Of a stretch of DNA of 64,000 nt, positions 40,101 to 52,100 are shown piece after piece. Made by a program: the position numbers and the translations under genes. Numbering within the stretch: the stretch's first letter is position 1; each line of letters begins with the position of its first letter. The DNA is from Mobula hypostoma (lineage: Eukaryota). The stretch spans positions 32,614,001 through 32,678,000 of the forward strand of contig NC_086108.1 of NCBI RefSeq assembly GCF_963921235.1, in the 5' to 3' direction. Under the pieces are notes generated by a model. It saw only the letters and a program-made list of their open reading frames with translations, ran no database searches and had not been told where the DNA came from.

Positions 40101-43100
40101 GTTTAAAGTAAAATGAAGATGAATCTGCATCAGAGTGTTTAGCCCCATGAACAGAAAGCTGCCTGGTAATACAGACCTGTGGGTAGATTGCAAACCATAG
40201 TTTGCATGATCGAATCGATTGTTTAGCATTCTCTGTATTAGTGAAGTAGTTAAAGATGGAAAAAACAGGTTATAAAAACGACGGTTATACATCATGTCAG
40301 CAGGGTATCCTCTTTCAGCCACACGATTAATTACCCAGGTACCCCTTCTCGTACTCAGAAACACCTGCAAGACATTTGAAAAAGTATATTAAATTGTAAA
40401 ATTTTGCAACTTGGACAAACGCCAAAAGACACTATCAAAAATGTATTTACTTTTCCCTCAAGAGAAAGTTATGTGCTTTTGATTCTGGAGGATGATGGGG
40501 AAGAAGATCGATTGCATTAGAGGTTTCCACTTCTAATCAATAGTCAAAGACAAGAAAATCTGCAGATGCTGGAAATCCAAGCAATACGCACAAAATGCTG
40601 GAGGAACTCCGCAGGTCAGGCAACATCTATGGAAAAGAGTAAACAGGTTGGAGGCTTCCCAGCTGGAATATAAAGTGTTGCTCCTCCCTGACGGAATATA
40701 GCTGTTGTTTATGTTCTCTCTGGGTAGCCTCCAACCGGATGGCATGAACATTGGCTTCACAAACTTCTGGTATTTGCACTCCCCCCACCCCTTACCATTC
40801 CTATTCCTGTTTCCTTCTCTCACCTCATCTCCTTACCTGCTCATTACTTCCCTCTTCTCCCCCTTCCTTTTCTTCAATGGTCTTCTACCCTCTCCTATCA
40901 GATTCCCCCTTCTCCAGCCCTTTATCTCTTTCACCTATCAGCTTCCCAGCTCTTTACTTCACCCCTCTCCCTCTCCCAGTTTCACCTATCACCTACCCCC
41001 TTGTACTTTTTCCTCCCCTCCCCCCACCTCTTCGCTCTAACTTCTCATATTTTTTTCCAGTTCTGACGAAGGGTTTTGGCCCAAACTGTTGATTGTTTAC
41101 TCTTTTCCATAGACGCTGCCTGGACTGCTAATTAATAGTCAGTTCCTTTAGCCTAAGAAAATGTGTAAACATCAGATAGAGGAAATAATTAGTCCTTGAA
41201 ATGCAGAAGGAAGAATTTCTAGGTAAGGTATTTAAATTGGCTTTAATTATTAAAGGGGTTGTAAACATAAATCCAGCAAAGAATTCAGAAGAAGTTCCTT
41301 TATCTAGCTGGTGGCAAGAATGTGTAATTTGCTACTGCTGGAATAGTTGAGACAAGCAGCATGAGGCACATTGGGAGGAAGAAATGAATAGGAGGACATG
41401 TTGATAGGGTTAACTGAGGAGTTTGAAGGAGGATTGTGCAGTGGGTAATATAGGAGTATAGCAACAAAAGGACTAACTCCCCCATTATTTTCCAGCATTA
41501 CAAGGTTGACAACACTCCCTAATCTCCCTTTGCTCCAAATCTAACAACGTTCCTGATTAATGCAGATCTAGTCACCTTAGATTTTAAGTTTTAAATTGCA
41601 TTATTATTGTCACATGTACTAAGGTGCAGTGATAAAAATTTGTTTTGCATGCCATAAATGAAGATTATTTCAACACATCAGTACACTGAAGTAAAGCAAG
41701 GCAAAACCAATAACAGGTTGCAGAATAGTATGGTTGCAAAGAAAGTCCTGTGCAGCAAATGATAAGGTGCAAGGCCATAGTGAGTTCAAGAGTCTATCTG
41801 ATCATGCACGGTTCTATTCCTTTCACACAAATTACCAATGAGAGCAGCATTAGCTATCATTACTGAGTCACAGAGTTATAGACCATGGAAACAGGCTCTT
41901 CCGCACAGCTCGTTCATCTGACCAAGTTGTCATCCGGAGTTCATGCCATTTCCCCACATTTGGCCCACATCCCTCAAACATTTCTCATCCATATTCCCAT
42001 GTAAGTGTCTTTTCAATGTTGTAACTGTACCCACCTCTACCACTTTGTCTGGCAGCTCATTTCATTTACTCGCCATTTTCTCTGTGAAAGTGCTGCCTCT
42101 CATACCCCCTTTTGAATCTCCCCCCTCTCACCGTAAACCTCTACCTTCCAGTTTTAGGCTCCCCTACCTTGGAAAAAGACTGAGCATTCACCTATCTATA
42201 CCCCTGATAACTTTGTGTACAGTGGATTCCAGTTAATTGGGAAACAGCAGGACCAGTACATTGTAGCCCAATTAAATGGCTGCTCCAATTAGCTGAAGCT
42301 ACTCAGAAATAGTTAAAAAGGTATAAATAAAAAGACAAATTGAGCAATAAATCTATTTTAATGAAGTACAGAATGAATCAGAACACTACCAATACTACCA
42401 CCGTACTAGAAAACTGCAGTAGTTCCTAATACTAATCGACCGAGGAATTCATCTTCTCACTTTCTTCTTATAAATGAAAAAAAAATCAGTAGATGTAATG
42501 GACTGCCTTAATACAATGTTGTTGATGACAGCATCCTCCAAATCTTCATTTTAATTGTCACATTCAAGGTAATTGTTGATAACTTCAAATTCTTCATAGT
42601 GCTTTACTTGTTGAAGTAGAAAAATTGTTTCATGTTCCTTCCTGGCCATTTGTGGCACCTCCAAGCCTGAATGCTTGAAACCACAGCGAGCAAAGCAGTT
42701 CTGAATGGTTTTACTGCTTATTTCTTGCCAACTATCAGTGACAAAAACTGATACATTTTGAAGACAAACAGACGCAACTGATGCTATTTAAAAACTGTTC
42801 GCTCTAAGCATGGTGCAGTGCCTAACAGCAATGCAAATGCATGTGACTGACACCAGTTAGAAACTGTTCAGTAACAGCATCCTGCCACAATTAAGTGGTT
42901 TAGTGTCCCAAATAAATGAAGGGATTATTGCTCTAGTAGTGTTTGTTCTTTAAGAGTTGTCCCAAATAAGAGACTGCCCTGATTAGCTGGTGGCCCAATT
43001 AACCAGAATCCACTGTACCTCTCTATAAGCTCACCCCTCAGTACCCAATACGTAAGAGAGATAATTCCTGGACATTTATTCAATATTAAGGGATGATTTA

Positions 43101-46100
43101 ATTTAAGTTTATAATGAATTTTAAAGAAATTAGTAGCAAAGAGGGGAACTTTTTCTGCGGGTGGGGAATGTTTAGTTAGGTCATTATGAAGAGAAGCTAA
43201 AATGCAGAGAATGATAAAAAATCTTCTCCTGAAAAGGGCACTAAATGCTTGTTCAATTAATAAACCTTAAAATTGAGACTAGACTGGATTTTAATGTACA
43301 GTGACATAAAAGGATACATATGGGTGGAACAATGACATGGATCAGCCATTATCTCACAGGACACAGAACAGGTTTAGGTATTTCTGTCTGTGTTGCTCCT
43401 CACCTGTTTCGCATGTTGACTGATTTCAGCTGCAAGGTCGCCCCCAGAGCTTCCAATTCCAATTATTACCACTCTTTTCCCTTCGAATTTTAAGGGTTCT
43501 TTATAATCTTTACTATGCATGTAGTGACCCTTGAACTTTTCTATGCCTGGGGAAAAGCAGGAGAGGCAATGTTAGAGCACTTTGCTTGGTGAGTATACGC
43601 TGTAATCATAGTAAATGTACATTACACAGTTAGCTAAATAAAGTTCATATTTGTGTTTGTGCAGTAAATTGACATCAAAATTTCAGCACAGAAGGTGGTT
43701 TATTTACTCATTGTCTCTGGCTGTTTGCTCAAGTCTATTTTCCTACTGCTTTAAATTTTCTCAAATCCCTGGTCAAGTTCTACCAGTTGGGCTCACAAGC
43801 ACAAAATCCATAAATATATTTTGTAAAAAAACATGCTAAGTATGTCCATGCTGCGTAATCCCACTTCAAAATTACTGTTCTTTTTCTCTCACTTTTCTGT
43901 CTAAATTGGGTGGGATTACAATTAGAGGTCATGGGTTAAGGGTGAAAGGTGAAAATTTTAAGGGAAACAGAAAGAGGCACTTCTTCACTCAGAGGGTTGT
44001 GAAAGTGTGGAATGAGCTACCAGTGCAAGTGGTGCATGCGAACTCAATTTCAACATTTAAGAGAAGTTTGGACAGGTGCATGGACGGTAGGGGTATGGAG
44101 GGCTATGGGCCCGGTGCCAGTTGACAGGAGTAGGCTGCTTAAATGGTTCAACATGGCCTAGATGGGCTGAAGGGTCTGTTTCTGTGCTGTACTTTTCTAT
44201 GATTCTATAACTCTAAACATGTCATACATGTTAAATATTTTCTTTCTCCCCTATCAAATTGTTTAAAATTTCCCAACACTTAAAATATTCTCCAATTTTC
44301 TAAACCTTTTCTATTAACTATTAGGTTGATAGTCATTTTTTCCCCTCATTTCTACTGATCTCCTGAATTTGCTTTTCTCTCTGCTTGCTGTATTTCCACT
44401 GTATTGTGAATTCTCATTTTATGGCAAATCTCTCGACCAGGTTTTATTTTTAATCTCATGTCTTTATTCCTTCACACCTGCAATGCCGCTTATATTTGGC
44501 GAGCCAGATTAAAGCAGCATCCTAATGTTCTTTTAATGTTTCTTTACTAATGTCCCCACCTAGGAAAAAAAGTGTCACTGTATCTCCAGTCACTGAATCC
44601 TTCTACATTTTACTGCTTTTTTTAAAAACTAAAAGTGTACCAAAAATAGCACACATTGAAAATTTGTTGCTTAATTCATACTTTGAGATAATTAAGTTGT
44701 AAATTCCTGCTAAAGTCAAGATTTGAATAATGAACAATGTTTTACTTGAATTCAGAAAATATTTGAGAGTGACTGGGGCTTCCAGACCCTCCATGTCAAA
44801 TCAAGATAAATGGAGAATATGTGCAGCAAAGGTATAGGACCTCTGTTGAGGTTGCATTTGGTGGATGGAGTGGTGAGATGAGGAAACAGCAGCACCCAGG
44901 TCTATTTTCACAAATATATATATATATGGTTTGCTCTTAATGAAAACATTTAGTGATTTATATATTTGCTCTCTCAGAACCCTTTGACCCACAACTTCAT
45001 TTAGATTCTTTTCTTTCCACGTAAAATATGGCCTCTTAATTTTTTCTTACTAAAAATAATATTCTGCAGTTGTCTATTTTAAAACTATTTTCTAATTTCA
45101 CACCCATTATGCATGCAACAAATTACAAAGAAGAAATATTTAACCAGTCAACATCCAAGCTGACCATTCCTCCTCGTACGGTCTCATCTAAAAATTTTGA
45201 AATTGTTGCGGAGTCTGGTTTCACGATTTATATTAAAAATAGGTTTCAACTGGTGGTGTCAGCTCTCATTCTCGAAGGAACTTGCTTTGCAGTTCTTGCC
45301 ACTTTGGAAACTACACATTCCTCCTGCCCTGTCTTCCACCAAGGACTTAACAAGCTACTTCACTACTTGCCTCCAAACTCCGGATGTACTGACTTTATCA
45401 AAAGGTTTGGTCATTATCACATTGCTCTTTGGGTGACATTGCTGACCATAGAATGGTAGCAGGGTGATGTGAAAAATTGTAAAAAACACATTAATTATCA
45501 TATTTGTGATGCAGAAGCTGCTTTATGAGACACTGTGCAAACAGAAATACTTTTACTAATTTCTTACACTGTATATTCAGCTTAATCCCCTCAACCTGTA
45601 CTTTAACTGATGAATGCACTCATTTTACTCACCAGGAAATGTATCCAGAGGTAAATGAGGGTCAGCGTGATGACCGGTACAGACCAAAATAGCATCAAAG
45701 GTAGTCGTTTCCAAATTTCCCTCAGTGTCGCTCGTCACTACATCCCACTGTCCAGTGGTAGAGAAATCTGTCCGCTGTGTAATACTGCAGACATTGGTCT
45801 AGAGGAAATGAAAAGGAAGGTGGTTAGACAGTGATTGTGAAGGAGGTTTTCAGAGACGTTGTCAAGATGCAAGTAAGTGAGAATTTCCACATCATTAAGT
45901 TAAATAATTAATATTCCTCTTCCAGTTTTCTGCATTTTCAATGACCCAAAGAAAGCATTGTTACTTTAATAATTCTTTTGCTTAGACTGACCAGCTCTTT
46001 GTATTTGACTCTCACACCACATCTTTTTGCTGGATACCTGTTAGAGTTAGAATGTTAATCAGACAACGAAAATAATTACATTTAAAACACGTCTATTCAC

Positions 46101-49100
46101 TTCCCCAATTTGCTCTCACTGGAAGGAGACTATTAATATTATACATGAGTCTCTTGCATTAGAAATACAAAAACAATGGTTTAGACTTCACCTGGTCCAA
46201 ACTAGCTTCCTAGACAAGTTTGCATTTGTAAAGATGTAGCCATCACAAGTTTCCTTTTGATGACCATCTCTAAACACACCAATGTCTATCTAGGCTCAAA
46301 GGCTAGTAAGAGTAGAATGTGCCTAATAATCATTTTTCACACTTGTCTCCACTGCTCAGTGACACCCTTGTTTTCCAGCTGAGCCCAATAATGTGTTTGG
46401 GGTTCTCACTGAATTACATTGCAGGATCTTGTGCATATGTGGAGCGTAAAAGGGGAAAAACTCTTGGTGAATCAGGGAATTAGGTCAATGGAAAAGGAAA
46501 GCTATGTTTGCACTTAGAAACAAAAGCATTGTGTTTAGTCAAGAATGTACTGCAGTGCCTCCACTTCTTTTGGAGATTGAGACGAGTGAAGCTTCCCACC
46601 GCCATTGTAATGTTTCAACATCATTGAGAATGTCCTGGCTGGCTGTTTTACTGTCTGGTTTGGGAATTGCTTGGCATCTGACTGCAAGTCCCTGTTACAG
46701 ATTGTGAGGAGAGTCAGAGAGTCATCAGGCTCTCTCTTTCCCCCTCCCCCAGCCCCAGGACATGTAGCAGAAATGCTGCGTTTTCAGTGCCCTCAACATT
46801 GTCTACCGACCCTCTCAACCTCTTCGACCTCTTACCATCAGGCAGAAGGTACTGCAGTATGAGAACAAGGGCTGTTAGGCTGGGTAACAGCTTTTTACCC
46901 CATACTGTGAGGTATCTGAACACCCTGCTCCCACCCAATACACATTATTTATGACAGCACCCGTAGCATTATACTGTTGTATATTTATCTATACTGTGCG
47001 ATCGAGAATCTCCGGAGGGGAAGGCCCCAAATCCTCAGCTTTGCCTATTGCCTGTTGCCGGGGTCCAGGGTTGAAACGCTTGGCAGAGATGGTGCGCGGT
47101 GCTCGGTGTCGGAGGGCTGGTCAGAGGCTCGAAGTTTTCAGACGGAATCAAGAGTCGGCTGTGGTCGGGTGCTTCCAGGGTGCTGCATCGGCAAGTTTGC
47201 GGCGCTGGAGGTTCATGGCAGGAAGAGTTTCTCCCTTCAACCGTCTGCGTAAAATGATGGGACTTTTGAGAGACTTTGAGACTTTTTTTTACCGTGCCCA
47301 TGGTCTGTTCTTCTATCAAATTACGGTATTGCTTAGCACTGTTGTAACTATATGTTATAATTATGTGGTTTTTGTCAGTTTTTATAGTCTTGGTTTGTCT
47401 TGTGTTTCTGTGATATTATTGGAGGAACATTGTATCATTTCTTAACGCATGCATTACTAAATGACAATAAAAGAGGACTGCATGTCCTCATAATCTAATC
47501 TAATCTAATCTAATCTAATATGTCATACATGTACTTTACATCAATTTATACATCCACAGAATATTTTTTAATCTCTTAATATTATTGTGTAAATATCATT
47601 TTATGTGTGTATGTGATATATGCACTGAGTTTTGCACCTTACTACCTGGGAATATTGTTTCGTTTACCTGTATACATGGGCATGGTTGAATGACAATGAA
47701 CTTGAACTTTAACCTTCAGACAGGTGATTAACTGATTCCCTGCTGAGCACCCTGGACTTCTCCCTAGTATCAAGAGTGCTACTGGAATCAGCACTAAAAG
47801 TGGTATCTCCCAATGTTAGTAATAATGATAATAATCCAAAATAGTGGTCCATTCTATTATTCCTGTTTTTGCAGCATTCAATGCTTTATAGCAAGCTGAA
47901 GAATTTAAGATTGTTATCCTCATCTTAGACCCTTCCAGGTCCTTTCTTTGCTTGACTCTGTTATTTTTTTTGAAGGTTAGTTCCTTCAACAAAATCCTTA
48001 CTAGTTTTTTGTTCCAGCATCCAGAAGGGAAAGGGAGTGAGAAAGGCACTAAGTAGACCATGGAGCCAATGGAGGTCAGTTAGAATAGGAGTGTTGGGCA
48101 AATAGAACAAAGTGCAGGATACAGACCCAGACTTATTTTAAGTTCATGGAGTTCTGAAAAGGGGAGTTTACCTCAAGTTCAGTCTGGTGATGGCAGTGAT
48201 GTGGAGGCATAGGTTACTATTTCTATATTAGATGTGTTGAGATATGTCTTATATAAGCAATGTTATAGAGTGTAAGTAAGCTTACGCTAATTTCGAGGAA
48301 ATGATATTGCGAGCTCCCAACAGCACGAAGTTCAATAGTCTGATTCATCATGATATTGGCTGGAATGGTAAAAATGTATGGGCCCAATTAATATTGAATA
48401 GCTAATAGGACATGTTCAGAGGTGAGAGAACATACCAACTTCTATAAAATTATGCTACTATTTTCAGGATTTCAATTCTCAAGCATGTCTTGGAAGGCAA
48501 CAAAGGGAACCTGAATTGGTGAGGTGATAGAACAAGCATGTCATTTCCACTCTGGTTATAGATGGCATCAAACAGAGTCACCGGGTCATAGAGTCACTGA
48601 GGAGCACAACACAGAAACAGGAGCTCACAAGGGGATTATTGTGACTTGCATCTAGCTGAGAAGCAGTACCTGTGGAGGATTCAGTTGTTGCTTTAAACTA
48701 AAAGTGAAGATCTGACTGGAATTTAGTCTGCTGGATCACCACTGCCTGTTGTTTCAGTGACAAAGGCTGATTCCAGACACCACAGGGGCAGCTGTACCCA
48801 GATACATCAATCACTCGACGTAGTGGTGGCTACGTCAGAAATATTGCCAAGTCTGATTACACAATTTGTAATTCGCTGGTGTATACTGAGCTAATGGGAC
48901 AGTATTTTGAACCAAATGAAATAGCGAGTGCCAATTTTGCTGAGCTCATCAGGTCTAAAGGCATACGGTTTGCTTCAGAGTTTGACTGTTCCAAATGACC
49001 ATCAGGAGTGAGCTCTCCTGATATTGTCAAAGTGATGCAGGGACATTTAGAAACAACATGTAAGGGAGTTTCGATTTTTATGTTACTGCGGAGGCTAATT

Positions 49101-52100
49101 AAAATGGCGTCTTTGTTATGTTAATCTGGGGAACACAGCTTTGTTGTGTTAAACACTGGGAAAGTTTGCGCTAACTGTTTTTGCTTTAGAGTCTGCTAAG
49201 AGGGTGCTATTAACCAATTGGGATAGTTGTTATGGTTCTGGTGTATTTGAAGATACTGTATGCGCGGGGTTTTGGGGCAGAAGGCGGGAGAGCGAGACAG
49301 AGGATGGACGAGGTGCTGTGAGTCCACTAACGGGGTCGGACCCCGAGCGGGACGTTCGGCGAGGAGACGGAGACGGACTCGTGTGGAGCGTCTGGTCGAC
49401 CACCGTTGTTGGTCCCAGGCGGCCGGTCGAGGTGGTCCGAGGGGTCGCAGGGTGAAGAAGAAGGTCATTGAGCTCCAACGGTTTTGTGCACGAAAAGATT
49501 GAACTTTGATAAGTGTGGCGCCTTTTTTTTCCCTTTTATATTTTATTCTCTTTTAATTATATAGATCCAGTAATATCTATAAACTGTAAATCATTTAATT
49601 GCATCTGGTGTATTGTCTGTTATTTGGGCGGGATGGGGTACCTCACACAGCATCCACACAAACGAATTATCCAGTTTGGCGGGGCCGAGGCTGTTTCCCT
49701 GGACGACAGCGAGCCGAGCGACCCTGAGGGTGGCCGGGGGAGCTATATTGTGTGGGCTTTGTCCGGGATTGAGTCTGCTGGTATGCTGCGTGGGTACCCT
49801 GTTTAAATCTGTAATGTGTGTCTCTGTGGGTTATTTGCTGGTGATTGCTGTATGCGTGGTGGGTGAGGTCTTTGTTCGAGTTCGGGCTGGCATTGACGAG
49901 TTGGAGGTGGCACTCGGGGCTGTCCATGCGGTTGGGAGAGAGAGGAAAGGGTGGTCTGATTTGGAGGTAGAGTCTGCGAATAAATGTTCTAGCTCTGGCA
50001 GGCTTCGCCTGGCACTTGGGATAGTGTCCACCCCAAGAGGGGCGGAGGCGTGCGAGACGTGGGCGGAGCGGATCACTCAGTTGTTAGATGAGTGGCAGTG
50101 CTCGGTTGAGGGAGAGCGACAGGAATTGGTTGAAAGTTTGAGTAGGCAGGCTGGTGACGGTGTTAGAGCTGTCAGGTTCACTTACACCGTAGTGACAGCT
50201 GTCAGTTATTTGAAAGTGGGGGGGGGGAGTTTTCAGTGTGTCTTCTCTGGCGAGGAGGGCGGCTAAATTGCTTGCAGTGCCAGGGGGATCAGTTGTTCAG
50301 CTGATCAGAGAGGTGTCGGGAAATTTAGTGGAGGCCCAGTGGGGGAAAGGCTTGGGGTCTCTGGGGAAGCACGTTCCCAGCAATGTACCACTGAACTTCC
50401 GCAAGGAAAAGACCCTATTCCTGAAGGCTTAGAGGGACCACGCCCCAGAGTGTCGTTATGAATAGAGGGAAGCGATGCTAAAGCTATCCTCGACCCCGGG
50501 GCGCAGATCAAGTTGTTGTACAGTTCGTTTTACAACCGGTGTCTCTGAAGCATTTATCCTTGACAACCGCAAGGGCACCAGAGACTTTGGGTACCAGTGG
50601 CAGTAGTTATCCAGAAGACGATGATTGGTTAATGACCCTGGAGTTCATGGAGGCATTGTCTGGGCACCCAGCGTGTCGAGTTGCTTCTGAGCACGTGTGT
50701 AGCAGCCTTGAGACGGTACCGAATTTAAGCGAGACCCAGCGGTGGTACGGCCTGGGGAAAGTAGCTGAGGGTGAGACCCTCTTAGTAGATGCTCCGAACC
50801 ACCACGAGGGAGGGGAGTTGACCGCTGAAGACACCTCAGTGAGAGAGAGAGGTCGCGGCAACTGGACCCTGGCGGCGTGGAAGATGAAGGCAGCGTGTGT
50901 GCGGATGATGCGATGTGGTTTAATGCGCTGCATCTGAGGGGTGGATGTTGCCAGATCCTGAGGAGTGCGGCTGTTGAGCTGAAGATGGCCTTTACTAGTT
51001 CCCCAGGATTCTTCCGATCCGAAAAGATGCCCAAGGGCATATCCGGAGCCCCTGCATCCTTCCCGCGGGGCATGAGGAAGACCATGGGGGAAGTGAAGGA
51101 GTGTGGAGTTTTGACGTACGTGGATGACCGCCTAGAGCTTGGATTCGCCTGGGGGGACTATGAGGCGAGGCAAGTGGCTGAGCCCGGGCGACCGAAGCGA
51201 AGTGTCAAATGTGGAGGAGTTTTTGGCCGGAGGTGTTTGGTGCAATGTGAGGAAAATGACCCGACATACCAGTTGAACTTCCTGGTGTTGGGACAGACGG
51301 TGGTGGACTAGGGCATGGAAACCCAGGTCGTCAATCTGAATGAGACACAGGGAAGAGAGGGGGTTTGCACCGCACTGCGGTCGTATACTGACGAATTAAT
51401 CCAGCGAGAAGAAACAATGACCCGCCTTCGAAGGGATCAGCAGAAACTCAAGACGTCGATTCAGAACAGATTGGAAGACTTGCAAGTTGGAGAAGATCAT
51501 GGAAGTGTTCTGACTAAGGTCAACAGAAAACCGAGAGCACAGGGAGGGGAGTTTGACTACACTCCCGAGGAGGTAAAGAAATGGAGGACAGATCTCGGAA
51601 AGGGGAGGCGGACGCTTGAAAGGAACCTGAAGATGACTATCGCGAGTTTAAATGAAGTGGAAAAACTGAACGTTGACCTGGAGGACGCCCTCAGGAAGAA
51701 ACAACCGGAGGCTGAACATTCTTTAACTGCTGCTTTTCAGGTCAGGGTGGAAGAAGCTGGTGGGGTAACTGCGTCCCAGATTGAGATGGCCAGGAACCCT
51801 GAGTCAGAACTGCGGAGGCTGTGGCGAGAGTTGAAGGAGTCCCCGAAGAAGCTGACGTCTCGACTGCAGGAGGCTGAAGGGGTAGCCCCGGCTAACTGGT
51901 TCAGTTTGGAGGAACTTAAACAGCAGCTATCGATCGAGGGAATGAGGAAGGATACGGGTTCGAAGGATGATGTGCTGCACATGTGGAACATGCTGCCTTT
52001 CGCTAACTTCCCCGTGATTGAGGAAGAGACCTTTGGCCCTTCTCCCACTTAGTCAGGTGTAGTGGGGAGGGCTAGCTGTGGGCAGTCTGAGTTGCGGCAG

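Noticed and set aside
49613..50266. Domesticated PNMA-like gene
   Set aside because: It is the gag remnant of the inner LTR element, starts inside the LTR and is truncated.
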